In this document: piece by piece, positions 37,868-50,495 of the stretch
Position numbering within the stretch: the first letter of the stretch is position 1
Layout: every line of letters starts with the position of its first letter
Assembly (NCBI RefSeq): GCF_040938485.1
Contig: NW_027271416.1
Location: 62,001-126,000, forward strand
Reading direction: 5' to 3'
Source of the DNA: Diadema antillarum
Lineage: Eukaryota
DNA: 64,000 nt
Made by a program: the position numbers and the translations under genes
The notes under the pieces: model-generated
What the model saw: the letters and a program-made list of their open reading frames with translations, nothing else
Database searches by the model: none
What the model was told of the DNA's origin: nothing

Positions 37868-37912
<45 letters not shown>

Positions 37913-39816
37913 GACATGGTAACAAAGTTCTCAAAACGTATTACTGATTTAATGAACTTTTGCCAAGACACATAAAAAAAACACAAGAAAATATAAAAAT
38001 GTAAAAAACGTAATGATTAAAGTATGTAACCAGAATAAACATACAAATTGTATATCAAGAAGAACCAGAGTAGTATGAACAGACCAACAAGTTATTCGGG
38101 TGACAAATCAATGCTTATTAATATCATTTGATTAAAGTGACATCGGGTGAAATGCTGAGCCCACGACTGTTTCACTTCTTGTAAAAATGTGAGGGGAGAG
38201 AGATACACTATACCGAGAGTACAAAGGAGGAGATTACAAAATGGTATTAAATGTAACGCGGTAGATGGATGGTCAGATTTTACAATGTTACAATGAGGGG
38301 GATATAATCATAACGAAACACTGACATTTCGGTTGTACAAAAACGGTCAAAAGAAGCATGCAAATACACTGTATGGATGTAAATCATGACAGCATTCATA
38401 TTCAATCGGAGTGCTGGTGTACAGACGTTTTGTCTTAACTCCAGTGTAATGATTTTATCATTATGTACGAGCGTAAAGCGTGTTCAGGACTGTACAAGGA
38501 TGCTAATTACAATAAAGAATATGAATGCTTTACTACGGCAAAATAAACTAACGTTCTATACTCTAATGACTAGATGATACTTTGTGTTATAATAGTTGGT
38601 TAACATGACTGGAACATACTCAAAGATACATACTTTTTAAGACATTCACATTTTTTTTTAGCTATGACAGCTCAATAACTTGGCGAAATATTACAGTCTT
38701 ACAGTCCTATGGTAAATGCGAACTTTAATATATTCATTCATTCATTTATTTTTCTATCTTCAACAAAACTTGAAAATATGATTTTTTTTTCCACACAGAA
38801 CATAAGTACATATTTGTCAACATTACAAACTATGATAAATGAAATTCATGGATATAAAATTGATATGGTGAAAAAGTAAAAAGCACAAAAACATTCTGAA
38901 GTTTAGAAAAATATACGGGAGGTGGTTGGGAATGCTGAAGCAATGCTTGTAGGGTCTGACCCCCAAACATAGTAAGATAATTATACATAACATCTTGGTT
39001 ATAGTTTTACAATGAATGTTAATCAAATACATGTCAATCAAATATATTTTGATGCCTACTACGAATAAATATCAAGACATATCAGTTACTTCAAATTTCT
39101 AAGTGTAGATTATAATATACTACTACTCGATCATTCCATTTGAAACTAAATGTATCACCTCAAGCTCTCTCGTTACAAGTGACGTAATTCAATACGTCAC
39201 AAGAGGGGATGATCTAATGCAGACATCGGACCGCAAAAAAAAAAAGATCATCAGATAGAAATAATGTGGATGAAATAGAAAAATGAAGATGAGAAAAAGA
39301 GATCGACTGAGAAGAGAAAAAAAAAAGAAGATGAGACACAAATTAATTTTGCTAGTACAAGTGTACATAGCGTTACCTGTTCGATCATTTATCCCAAATC
39401 TGATAGAATTCTTTAAATATCTCTCTTCTACCCAAGCAGTGACCTCTGGCTCAAAACAACAATCAAATCTCACATCTCTTATAGCTAATAAAAGCAACAG
39501 CAACTCCGTATAAGAATGGAGAATAATGCTGAAATTTCCCTAGCTGAAAATTACAGCTTGTTTCCACGCATTTTAATGTTCGAATACAATATAAATTACT
39601 CTTTTAAAGTTGAAGCAGGGATCACTGTTCATCCTCATATCTTAGTCCTGTGGGATGTGAATTACAAAAAAAAAATTGGAAATTATAGTCTCACCCATTA
39701 AATCATTGAGCAAACTTTCGCATGAATACGACCAGAATAAAATAATCGAATTCAATAACAAAATGAATTGTCCTGTTTGTTTCCCATTCGATCAAACCAA
39801 GTAATGTATGTCAAAT

Positions 39817-40156
39817 GGGCGGTGAGTTGGCTCAGTCGGTAGCGCGTCTGCCTCACGATCACGCGGCCCGGGTTTGAACCCGAGCCTGGACTGAGCAATG
39901 TTGTGTGTAAACACACCGTCCCCTCTAGCAAGAGGCAAAACACTCTGTCCCTCGGATAGGACATAAAATGGAGGTCCCGTGTATGAGAGAGTCACAACTC
40001 ATGCACGTAAAAGATCCCGCTCCACTCATTCATCGCAAAGAGCAGGGTGTCTAACCCGGTGAAGTGGTCCCACTCCACATCCAACTGGACCCCATGGAAG
40101 ACCAGCTTAGTGTAGCTGAATATGGGCAATCCAGCCATCTTCACAGATGGAAAACG

Positions 40157-40196
<40 letters not shown>
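39817..40196 (+). mobile_element. Full-length tRNA-derived SINE (~380 bp) with (AAC)n tail
   Basis: A-box TGGCTCAGTCGG, B-box GGTTTGAACCC, ~260-bp body, about 13 AAC repeats. Absent at paralogous sites. Confidence 0.85.
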
Positions 40197-40197
<1 letters not shown>

Positions 40198-40889
40198 AAG
40201 CAAAACAAGCAACTGGATTATTTTAGTTAGCCTGCATCCGGCCTGCATGGTAACGTGTATAAACCAGACTATTCTTATAACTTGTGTTGAGCTTAGGTAA
40301 ATGCAGGAACAAATTGGCTAATGTAACAATAAATTTTAAAAACATGTGATTTTGGTCATACTCATTTTTATGGCCCTGCCCTGCTAAGTTTTGTTAGTTT
40401 CTTTTTGTGTAACTCCTTGAACCCGATACCAAGTTATTCACTTCCCTTCCTTACCACAGATTTAGCTTGAGATTATATCAATTTTTAAGGGGTGCATTTT
40501 AGGTTTACATCAAACAGAGACTTATGGAGTAACGAGGGTTTTTTTTTTCTAACTGCATAGAATTTGAATGTCAGGTATAAGTGGAGCTACAAAATCTTTG
40601 TAACTTGTTTGTGACTTCTCCATGATGGCCAGATTTTTGATACTAAAGAAGAGTAAACTGTAGTCAGACTTTATACAGTTACATGCTGTCTGTCTAGAGC
40701 TCACTGTACGACGCTCATACTCAAACATATATTTTTATGCCAGAATATTCAGCACCTCCACTATAAGGTCCAATGCTGCCATGTTAACACAGTCATTCAA
40801 ACAATACTGTTTCATTCGACGGCATGTAAATCAATAATGAATGATTGCTTAAGCATATGTAAACTCATTAAACGTTTATGGATGTTTTA

Positions 40890-41060
40890 AAATACTGGTT
40901 AGTAATAATGTTAGAGTAAAAAATTAGGGCTAGGTTTAGGGTTAGAGTTCTGGTTTCAAGTTAGGATTAGGTTCAGGATTAGGATTAGGGTTACAGTCAG
41001 GGCCAGGTACGGAGTAATTGCTCAGGCCACCTGGGGGTAATTGACCTAGACCCTGTAGGC
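40890..41060. repeat. Unit-specific insert with degenerate TTAGGG/TTAGGA repeats
   Basis: TTAGGGCTAGGTTTAGGGTTAG...TTAGGATTAGGGTTA; not present at ~14900 or ~58990. Confidence 0.6.
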
Positions 41061-41807
41061 CGGGAAATAAACGTTGGAGATTTACAATGAGCACGCATTC
41101 CTCCCGGAAGAGGGCGCTCTTCAGTTCACTGGAGAGTTCAATCTGGTGAACGGTACTCCACGTTTTGTGTCACCACTGTGAATTACCCCATTTCATAATT
41201 CGCATTAATACTCATCACGGTATACGTTGATATCACTTTAGACCAAAACAAATGTACCAAAGCCAGAATATTTTGATAGACAGACAGATTACAAAGTCAA
41301 TGACTCAGGATGATAAGTATCGGCATTGTCAAGCAATATATAATAAAATGAGTTTTATATAGGGAAAATTATAAACACACACTACAAGTAAGTTTTGATA
41401 CCCATTCATAGACCTGTGCTACATGGGTCTTTTACCTACGTCATTACAATAATCCCTAAAACACTTTGGTACCTGCAGCAGATATCAGGTTTTTACTGAT
41501 TCGAGCTAAAAAGGCATTTTCCTCTTAATATTGTTGTATCATTTAGAGTACTAATATCGCAAAACAAATGTTGTAAATGGCCCTGATTTACCTTTGAAAT
41601 GGTTAATCATCCATAAACTACTTTAACTTTTCGACATGGTTAAATTCAATACGATTGCATGAATATTCATGTGCAGTCCGTTACCATACATAAACTTCAC
41701 TCATTGCGATATTCTATTCACTTATTAAAGATATCCCACCTCAGAATCTTTTCTTGAATATACTGTATGACGAAATCGTCTGCTAGTAAATTGTATCACA
41801 TTTTACA

Positions 41808-43652
41808 TTATGTGGCATCAAATATGTAGAGTCTATCTGTAGTGCAGAAAGCTATCTCACCACTCTCAAACTCTTGTAGATAGTACCAATATCTTTTCTT
41901 TGGTTTTTGTATTTTGAAATCAGTGATGATGTTATGCAAGTACTCGAAATTTCTCGTGTAGCGATCGATACTGACGAGACCCTCCTCGTGCTTCACCCAG
42001 GTTACAATGACCGAATCATCTCGACAAACAGCTGGGTAGGGATCCATACCCTCCTTCTTCAAGACATTCCCCTTCTTCCCCTTACCATCAGGGCACACGA
42101 CAGCTCTATCGTCTGCTACCATCAGTTTCCCCGTTGACGGAAAGAAGAATAATTGCCAAGGTGTATAACCATCGCACATTATTTCCCTGACTGCCTTACC
42201 ACCCTGTGGGGTAAATACATGGATCTTTTTGAGCTCAATATAACTCACATAGATATTATCATCTCTATCCACAGTGAGACCACCAGACCCTCCTTCATCA
42301 TCACTCATCTTCTCGAACGTGACGTCAAGCTTCTCCCATTTTGGAGTGTACAGTGACATCCCGTTTTTTAAATCACGTACAACACTTCGACCATCAGACA
42401 GGAATCCAGTTCTCCTGACATTGACATCCTTCAGCACGGTCTGCTGTAACTCGCCATCAGGGGAGTAGAGATGGATTCCGCCTTGACCGGATCCCACCGC
42501 CATCTTACCGTCTGGTGCACGAGTTATACAGTTCATTCTGTTGTCAGGGAGCTCTTCGTCTGCTTTGACATCCCATGTGTAACCGTCCAGCTCTCCAAGA
42601 TAAAGTTCATTGACCTTCACGTATTTACTAAATGAAATCTTCTGAGCTCGTTCTGTCACACCTCTCGGTGATTGGTCGTCAGGATCATCTCGTCCCAGAA
42701 AGCTCTTCAAGTTCTCGCACAGGGTGTCGTGTGCAGACAAGGCGTCTTTCTCTAGCGGTACCTTCACATCGTTGTTTACAAGCTCCTCCATTGCGTTCAT
42801 ACGACAAATTGTTCGGCGAATTTCTTCCTCCATGACTTGTAATTTCTTATCAAATTTTTCAGACAATCGTTTCACTCGACATTTCAGGGTCTCTCTTCTG
42901 GCTGACAATAGTTTCATGTATTCCTCGTACGTCTTGTCGATGTCATTATTGAGTCTTCTCATCATGTTTGTTATTTCATTTCGTTGTGTCTCTATGAAAT
43001 CGATATGATTTTCAATGGTTGTTTTCTTTGATTTTGTCCTTTCTTGTAACTTGTTGATATTTTCTATCAATTTCTCCTCATGGATAGCTGCCTCTTCGAT
43101 CTGATGCCCGGCTTGTAAGTGTCTTAACATCCCGCACTTGCAGCAGACGTACTCCCGACATCCGATACAGAAACATTCCTCATCATCGTTAGGATGTTTC
43201 TTACACTTCTGTCTCCTCGTTAGCGGAACTTTTCCCGAGAGCACTCCGCTCATGGCCACTACTACGTGGTTGGAGAACCTTTTCCACACAGAATGGTCTT
43301 TCTCACAGGATACACACATGTTTTCCCTGCAGTCCTGGCAGTAGGACACAGCTTGCGGCTTTTCGTCCATCTCACAAACTGTGCACGTTGGGCTCTTGGT
43401 TTTCACTTCGTCCACGAGAGAACTTAGGGGTACGATTGTTTGTAACTTACTCACATCTCCACTGGGTACGGGTGTTTCTTTCCTGCATACAGGGCATGTT
43501 ACAGTTTCTTGGTCAGGTTCAGTTTGAGAGATACGTTCCAGACAGTCTTTACAGAAGGTGTGAGAACAGGCCAGTGATTTGGGTTGGTTGAATAGTGTCA
43601 GACAAATGGGACACTCCAGATTCTGGCTGCTGATTTGATGAAACGTTGCCAT
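41808..43652 (-). CDS. TRIM E3 ligase (RING-Bbox-Bbox-CC-NHL-like), copy 4, 614 aa
   Basis: Intact ORF. Start placed at the conserved MATFHQ ATG (43652). Acceptor CAG at 43699-43698, followed by a (GACA)n-expanded 45-nt UTR. Confidence 0.93.
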   Translation of the reverse strand: MATFHQISSQNLECPICLTLFNQPKSLACSHTFCKDCLERISQTEPDQETVTCPVCRKETPVPSGDVSKLQTIVPLSSLVDEVKTKSPTCTVCEMDEKPQAVSYCQDCRENMCVSCEKDHSVWKRFSNHVVVAMSGVLSGKVPLTRRQKCKKHPNDDEECFCIGCREYVCCKCGMLRHLQAGHQIEEAAIHEEKLIENINKLQERTKSKKTTIENHIDFIETQRNEITNMMRRLNNDIDKTYEEYMKLLSARRETLKCRVKRLSEKFDKKLQVMEEEIRRTICRMNAMEELVNNDVKVPLEKDALSAHDTLCENLKSFLGRDDPDDQSPRGVTERAQKISFSKYVKVNELYLGELDGYTWDVKADEELPDNRMNCITRAPDGKMAVGSGQGGIHLYSPDGELQQTVLKDVNVRRTGFLSDGRSVVRDLKNGMSLYTPKWEKLDVTFEKMSDDEGGSGGLTVDRDDNIYVSYIELKKIHVFTPQGGKAVREIMCDGYTPWQLFFFPSTGKLMVADDRAVVCPDGKGKKGNVLKKEGMDPYPAVCRDDSVIVTWVKHEEGLVSIDRYTRNFEYLHNIITDFKIQKPKKRYWYYLQEFESGEIAFCTTDRLYIFDAT

Positions 43653-43654
43653 GG

Positions 43655-43691
<37 letters not shown>

Positions 43692-45796
43692 CTCTGCCTG
43701 ATAGCAAAGGAAACAAACAGCGCTAAACACATTGACGAGTAGGAGCAGAAATATGAAATTAGCATCCCCCCCCCCAAAAAAAAAAATGGAAAGTTCATGC
43801 GAAGCGTTGCGTTAAAATTCATGCATTCTCTAATTGTAAACGAACTAATGAAGCACAATTTAACAGATATATGTGAGTAATGTTTATCATGCACTAAGTA
43901 TGCTTTATGTCCGGGCTCAATATATGCGCTAAGTATGCTTTATGTCCGGGATCAATAAAGCTGATTCAGTGGTGGTTCATTCGAGTTGAGGATATCATAT
44001 TAACTAGTTGTCCTGTACGCCCGTCAAAGGATGGTGCAACTTAGAATAAACTCAGATGTTCCTTCTTAATTCTATAAAGGAGTATATTGTATTAGTCAAA
44101 CAACAAAGAGTTGCATTATGCTACACTCGCACAAATATGATCAGGTGATTCGAGTAATGGATGGATGACTCTTTCAGTCGTGACCTTGTATATTTACAGT
44201 AGCTAGAATATCTTCAGCGATATCGTAAACTAAAAAAGTGTCACGTTAAAGCGAATATCATTCATTTGTAAAAGAAAATGTGAGCGAAATGATAGAGATT
44301 ATCATTTAGAAACGTATGTCCGTTTGGCTGTTTTTATGTCATTTAACAAGGTGTCCTTCAAGACAAAATGCCTAAATCCTTGAGATATATTGTTGATTTT
44401 TCCCCATTTGCATAAAACGCTGGTTTCGTTTGTCTTGGAAGACATGTGTAAATTTTATTCATTTACCTCATATGTCAAGCGCAGACATAGGCACATATTT
44501 CTGCCTGGGATTAAATCACATTTTACCCACCCTCAATAGGCAAAAACAAACAAACAAACAAATCGTTAGCAGTGCGTCTTGTAAAGAAAGCTTCATAATA
44601 TTCGATCAACATGTCCTTTCTGGGTTTATGTATACCTGAGATGAATCTGACCCCAGAAAAATGATTCTTTAGGCTGTCATGACTGGCTTCCCATATCCCT
44701 CTCCAGCTATTGTCTGTATAGAACTTCATCTTCATTTGAACATTCAGTGTCATTCTGTGAAAACTTTGAACGAATGCTTTCAATATGAACGCCCAGGAGA
44801 GCATCCTTTAATTGTGGAGACGGACATCGCCATAAAGTTTTACGGATATAGATCTCCAGAGGTGTATCTTTGTCCGTTATGATCACAAATTACACGCTAT
44901 TTAACTGTGGCCATGTAGTCTGAAAGCATTAACAGCTTTGCTAATGTTCCTACAATTTTGGTTGTAATGTTAACGACTTTGGCAGGACTGAAATGCATCG
45001 AAATGCATTTAAGGGAAGAACATTATTACTACTAGCCCCTTCTCTCTTGTGTTTCAGTTGTTCAAGTCATGAAAAGGAAGTAATTTAGCAGACCACTATT
45101 GATACAGTAAAAAGGGAAGTCCTTAAGACGTTTGACTTGTATCGAATAATAATATTATTCTTCTCATGTCTCCTACTTCCAAAACTATCACTGCATCAAT
45201 TAGTGATAAATTCCCCAGGCGTTGATTTATTTCCAAATTAATATTTTTAATCAAACAACATGACAGCAAGAGATAATTGAAGCAGAGGGGTGAAGATCTA
45301 GATGTGCTCTGATTTATATCACTTAATTGTTTCCCTCTGTACAATTTTATTTGTAAAGAGTGTTTAACATAACACTGTCGGTGGTATATGGAGTATCACT
45401 TTCCGGAAGAAAGTAGATGACAGGTTCGATTCACACTGGTTCCTTACACGACATGACCATCGTTTATTAAGATGTAGATCACCAGATGTCATCTCACAAA
45501 TATTGTACAGAGGGAGGTAACTGATGAAAGGCATAGCACAGCATTAGGCCTATAATTCAGGATGTACCAGCTTTTTATTCTGTTTGGAGTAATATTATCT
45601 ATATTACTATACACATGTAGGATGTTGAGTTAAACATGTCGAACAAAAGCAGCAAAATCATAATAAAAATGTTGACCGAACAAACAAGGGAGTATCTATT
45701 CTAAGCTTATTTTGATAGACATGCATTGATTGTAAAGCTACGTATCGCAGACACAAGTAACATGCATGCATTTATATCGTTATATCATGTATCCTC

Positions 45797-45818
45797 ACCA
45801 AGTTTGCTGTACTTCCGG
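45797..45818 (-). promoter_or_regulatory. Predicted TRIM leader-exon donor plus ETS site (unit 4)
   Basis: TTG|GTGAGG with GT at 45798-45797; CCGGAAGT at 45811-45818. Confidence 0.55.
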
Positions 45819-46430
45819 GTTCAGTATTTCTGATTTGTGTCTGGCTCCGAAGAAGACCTACATTTTAGGCATGTATGGGATCACAACCTGTTGTCTGTTC
45901 AGCGAAGCCGAACACCTACATTGAATATGCTTTTACTGTATAGTCCCAAACAAAATGCGAAGAATCAGGTTTTAGAAAGAAACGTGCATGACGAAGCACT
46001 GACAAAATGGTCGGACGATTCAGAGGAATGACTGTACGTATTGTATATTTTACCGTGACCTTTACACCGCGAACATTCATATCTTATAGCCCACATCTCA
46101 AACACTATGTGCCTATCTGAAAATCACAGCTCATAACGAAATGTCGTCTTGTACAGGGAACAGCACTGTTCCTCGCGACTTTGAGCTGAGATGATTTTTT
46201 TAATAAAGAGAAAGATTTAAACAGAAATCGTCATGTTAGAGAATCACTTCAGCGTCGAGAATTTTAGTGACGAAAGACAATTTGTTTATTTAGAAAATTC
46301 TGTAATTTATCATTCTGTTGCGTTTTGTTTTTGATACTTGAGACAAACCACTGTCAAATAGCCAAGAATGTGTGCTCAAATATAAATTGTTTGATGTTCA
46401 GATCTTATGAGTTGTTTTTTTTTTTCATAC

Positions 46431-46631
46431 GTGTATTCTGTCTATATCGAGGCAGAGAGTAGCAACCAATTTCTCTCTTGAAATGATGTCGGGATATTGG
46501 TCGATGTCGAGATCAGCTTCAAGTCTCTCGTGCTACCATTCGGTAAATTTGGTTGAACGTCGACGACGAAGGCGTTTGTACGGAACTGACGCCGAGACCT
46601 CAGGGGGTAGTGAGAGTGGAGATTCAGCCAT
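46431..46631 (-). pseudogene. pmar1-like homeobox exon-1 remnant E
   Basis: 201 nt reading MAESPLSLPPEVSASVPYKRLRRRRSTKFTEW*HERLEADLDIDQYPDIISREKLVATLCLDIDRIH. TAG at 46533-46535; donor GTATGA. Confidence 0.9.
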
Positions 46632-47867
46632 TCCGGATTTAGATTGGTTTTTGTAAAGATGACGGTTTGTACAAAGATATGATATTACTTCGAAACAATG
46701 GATTGTTGCTCTCGTTTGACGAAAGGTCGATATTGCAGAGTTGAGTATTAAAAACCCAGGGAAACTATATTTCGGGATGATTATCGCGTGAATGCAATGT
46801 ATGAATGAAAAAAAAAGCTCTAACGGTATGATACAAATAATATGTAATATTTGAAAATTTTGATGAGGTGGTAAATTATGAGCCACATAAACCTCAACTG
46901 ACTTTCCTTTGGCTATTATACATGAATTAATTGGCTTTTTGCAACAAAAGAATTGTCTAATGTCAGTCGGCTAAACTTATTCTAGAGGTGCAATCATACT
47001 TATTTAACTATTTCTTTATTTTTCTATTTATCTTTATTCGACGTGCTATAAAGGAGAACTAATGACAAAAAGATTTGACCTATCATCATCTCATGTAATT
47101 TGCATTAAACCTGTCTTTGTGATCCATATCTCGGTTTCGAAGAAGAGAAACTCTTAAATGACGTGGTTTTTTTATTATTCTTGCTTGGTTACGTTAAAAT
47201 ATCGCATGTTTGTTTCCTATAAGTTGATTTATTAAATTAGAGCAAGAGACTCTTGCTGTAGAACATGTCAAGCATGGTTTTTTTTTCACTATCGATTTGT
47301 TGTGAAGGAAACCGAAGACGTTCTTTCTATCTTTCTTTCTATATGCATATGCATTGTGTGACATCAATATCGTTTGGGGCAGTTTTGTCTTCTTTTTCAT
47401 TTTGATAAACTAACGTATTTCCACCATGTGTATATGTATCCTAACTTATTTTTACCTTTCTTTGTTATCTTTTCAGTTTCCCCTTGTCTCGCAACTTCAT
47501 CAAAAATTCCAGTCCATTTCTTTCAAAAATATCTTCTGTGAAGATGACTAAATCCACTCATAATTTCAAGCATTTTCATACAAACATCACGCACCAGCAC
47601 ACCTACGAACATTTAACCCTTACACGGGAACTTACTTTTACACATAAATACTCACACGCACAAATACACACACTCACACTCACACACACGGAGACATGGT
47701 AACAAAGTTTTCAAAACGTATTAGTGATTTAATTAACTTTTGCCAAGACACATGAAAAACAAACTCAAGAAAGTATAACATTGTCAAATGATTCAATCAA
47801 GCAACAACAATAAACATTCAAATTGAATATTCAGAAGAACCAAAAAGTAGTATATGAACAGAACAAT

Positions 47868-48015
47868 TGCAACTGATTGATAAATTGCCCTACATCGACG
47901 TAAATAAGCGCTGAATTAATCAGTGATCAATTCAGTGCTTATTTACGTCGATGTAGGGCAATTTGTCAATTAGTTGCAATGAAAACATCTCGACGGAAGA
48001 ATTTCATGAATTTAA
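47868..48015. mobile_element. 148-bp insertion, mostly a near-perfect hairpin, with a 14-bp flanking duplication
   Basis: Inverted repeat 47866-47980. ATGAACAGAACAAT at 47854-47867 and 48016-48029. Empty site at ~10895. Confidence 0.7.
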
Positions 48016-48073
48016 ATGAACAGAACAATATTACACGAAATTTGGGTACGCATGTTTATTATTATTTGATTAC

Positions 48074-48723
48074 AGGGATTGTATAGTTTTGGTTGAGATC
48101 CAAATTAAGGTTTCTCACACATTTGGGTGATACAATGAAAAACCTCTTATGAAGTATGAAAGAGCATGTAAATCCAAGAGGGATTCAACGTTTATTTCAT
48201 GACAATTGGTTCTGAAATGACTTTCTTCTATCAAACTTTGAATTCCTCCTAGAATGGCATGCTCTGTATCACTTCATAAGTAGATTCTTACGGAAGCCCA
48301 TTCGTGCCACGCAGGATAAAACTTTCAGTGGAGCTAACTGGCGGCCGCCACTTAATCATCTGGCGGACGCCAGATAATTATCGATATCGATATCGCTAGA
48401 CGATAATCCAGTGGCGGCCGCCAGATAATTATCGTTTAGCGATATCGATAATATCGATATCGATAATTATGTGGCGGCCGCCATTTAATTATCGTTTAGC
48501 GATATCTATATCGATAATTTTCTGGCGGCCGCCACTTGATTATCATTTAGCGATATCGATATCGATAATTATCTGGCGGCCGCGAGATAATTAAGTGGCG
48601 ACCGCCAGTTAGCTCCACTGAAAGTTTTATCCTGCGTGGCACGAATGGGCTTCCGTAGATTCTTGGTATCTCATAAAAAGTTAAAAGCCCAATCCTCATC
48701 TCTACCAATACTATACCATCCCT
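48074..48723. mobile_element. TTAA-target MITE (AGGG...CCCT; Kolobok/piggyBac-like) hosting a nested element
   Basis: Right flank TTAA at 48724-48727, left flank TTAC. Empty site TTTGATTAAAGTTAC at ~21808. Similar to 5930-6320. Confidence 0.6.
48290..48656. mobile_element. 367-bp foldback MITE with ~70-bp TIRs and an internal GCGGCCGC/GATATC/ATCGAT palindrome array
   Basis: TIR ACGGAAGCCCATTCGTGCCACGCAGGATAAAACTTTCAGTGGAGCTAACTGGCGG. 8-bp TSD AGATTCTT at 48282-48289 and 48657-48664. Confidence 0.85.
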
Positions 48724-50495
48724 TTAAAGTTACGTCTGGTGAAATGCTGAACCCTCGACTGTTTCACTTCTTGTAGAGATGGGAGGGGAGAGAGATACAC
48801 TGTACCCAGAGTATAAAGGAGGAGATTACAAAATGGTATACATGTAAAGCGGTAAATGGATGATCACATTTCTCAATGTTACAATGGGGATGAATCAACT
48901 ATAACGAAACACTGAAATTTCGGTTAAAAACTGTCAATAGAAGAATGTAAATGCACTGTAAATGAATGTAAATCATGTCAGCATTCATTTTCAATCGGAG
49001 CTCTTGTGTACAGACGTTTTGTCTTAACTATAGTGTAATGATCATATCATCATGTACGAGCTTGCAGCGTGTTGTGCAGGACTACAAGGATGCCAATTAT
49101 AATTAAGAATATGAAAGCTTTATACTATGCCAACATTACCTGACGTGCTATATTCTGATGACTACTAAGATAACACTTTGTGTAATAATAGTTTGATAAC
49201 ATGACCGAACCATCCTAGAAAATATATACTTTTGAAGACATTCACATTTGTTAGCTATGACAGCTCAATGAATGGGCGAATAGTCTTACAGTCCTACCAT
49301 GCCGACTTTCATTCATTCACTCATTTATTTTTCCATCTCCAACAAAACTTGCAAATACATGTTTTTTCTTTCACAGAAGATATAAGTACATCCTATATAA
49401 TTATGTCAACATTCCAAAATATGATAAATGAAATTCATGGATATACAATTGATAGGTCGAAAAATAGAGGGTGAGTGAAGCTTAGAAGCATTCAGAAGTT
49501 AAGAAAATGCAGGAGATGGGAAGGGATGCTAAAGAAGCAATGCTTGTATATGGTGCATCCCCGAAACATAGTGAACAATAATTCATACATCTTGGTTATA
49601 CAATGATTATTAATCAAACTTGGTCATACAATGATTATCAATCAAACTTGGTTATTATCAATCAAATTTGGTTATTATGAATTAAATTTGGTTACACAGT
49701 GATTGTTAATCGATCTTGGTTAAACAATGATTAGGCTCCTATTACACATATACGTATCTATCAAATATGTTTTGAAGCTATACTACAAATAACTATCAGA
49801 GTATTTCACTTAACTTCAAATTTCTAAGTGTGGGTTATAATAAACTATCGATCATTCCATTTAGAACTAAATGTATGGCCTCAAACTCCTCCGTTACAAC
49901 AAGTGAGTCAGTAATTCAATACGTCACAAAAGGGCTTGATCGAATGCAGACATGGGACAGCAAGGAACATCATCAGATAGAAAATAATGAGGATGAAATA
50001 GAAAATGAAGATGAGAGAGAAGTTTCGATTGAAAAGGGAAAAAGCAAGGTGAGAGACAAAGTCATTTTATTTGTAGCGTCACCTGTTCGATCATTTATCC
50101 CAAATCTGATAAAATTCTCTAAATCACTCCCAAACATAATGGCTTCTGGCACAAAACACTTATACATCTCACATCTCTAGCTAAGCAAAACAATGACAAC
50201 TGCGTATGTAGAATAATGGTGGCAGTTCCCTGGCTGACAACCACAGCCTGTTTCCACGCATTAAAAGTTCGAATCCAACATGAATATATTACTCTCTTAA
50301 AGTCGAAGCAGAAAATCAGTGTTCATCCTTATATCTTAGTCCTATGGGATGTGAATTACAAATTAATCACTCAGTTATAATGTCACTCAATACAGCATAT
50401 ACAGTATTGAGAAGACTTTCACATGACTATGAACAGAGCAAAACAATTAGATACAACAACAATTCTGTTTGTCTCCTATATTCTATCATACCGAG

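Noticed and set aside
39817-39895. tRNA gene
   Set aside because: A and B boxes are present, but the sequence runs into a ~260-bp body and an (AAC)n tail and is absent from paralogous units, so it is a SINE head.
40920-41000. Relic of a telomeric chromosome fusion
   Set aside because: Short, degenerate, single orientation and confined to one array unit.
43653-43730. N-terminal extensions of TRIM ORFs in the ORF track (also 26888-26983 and 62494-62631)
   Set aside because: They run through the polypyrimidine tract and acceptor, differ between copies and are absent in copy 2; the conserved start is MAT(F/S)H.
49830-50180. 116-aa ORF, and cadherin-like reading (FGINERTGDA) of the opposite strand, in a spacer block shared by all units
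   Set aside because: The frame is broken differently in each unit and no domain motif is convincing.
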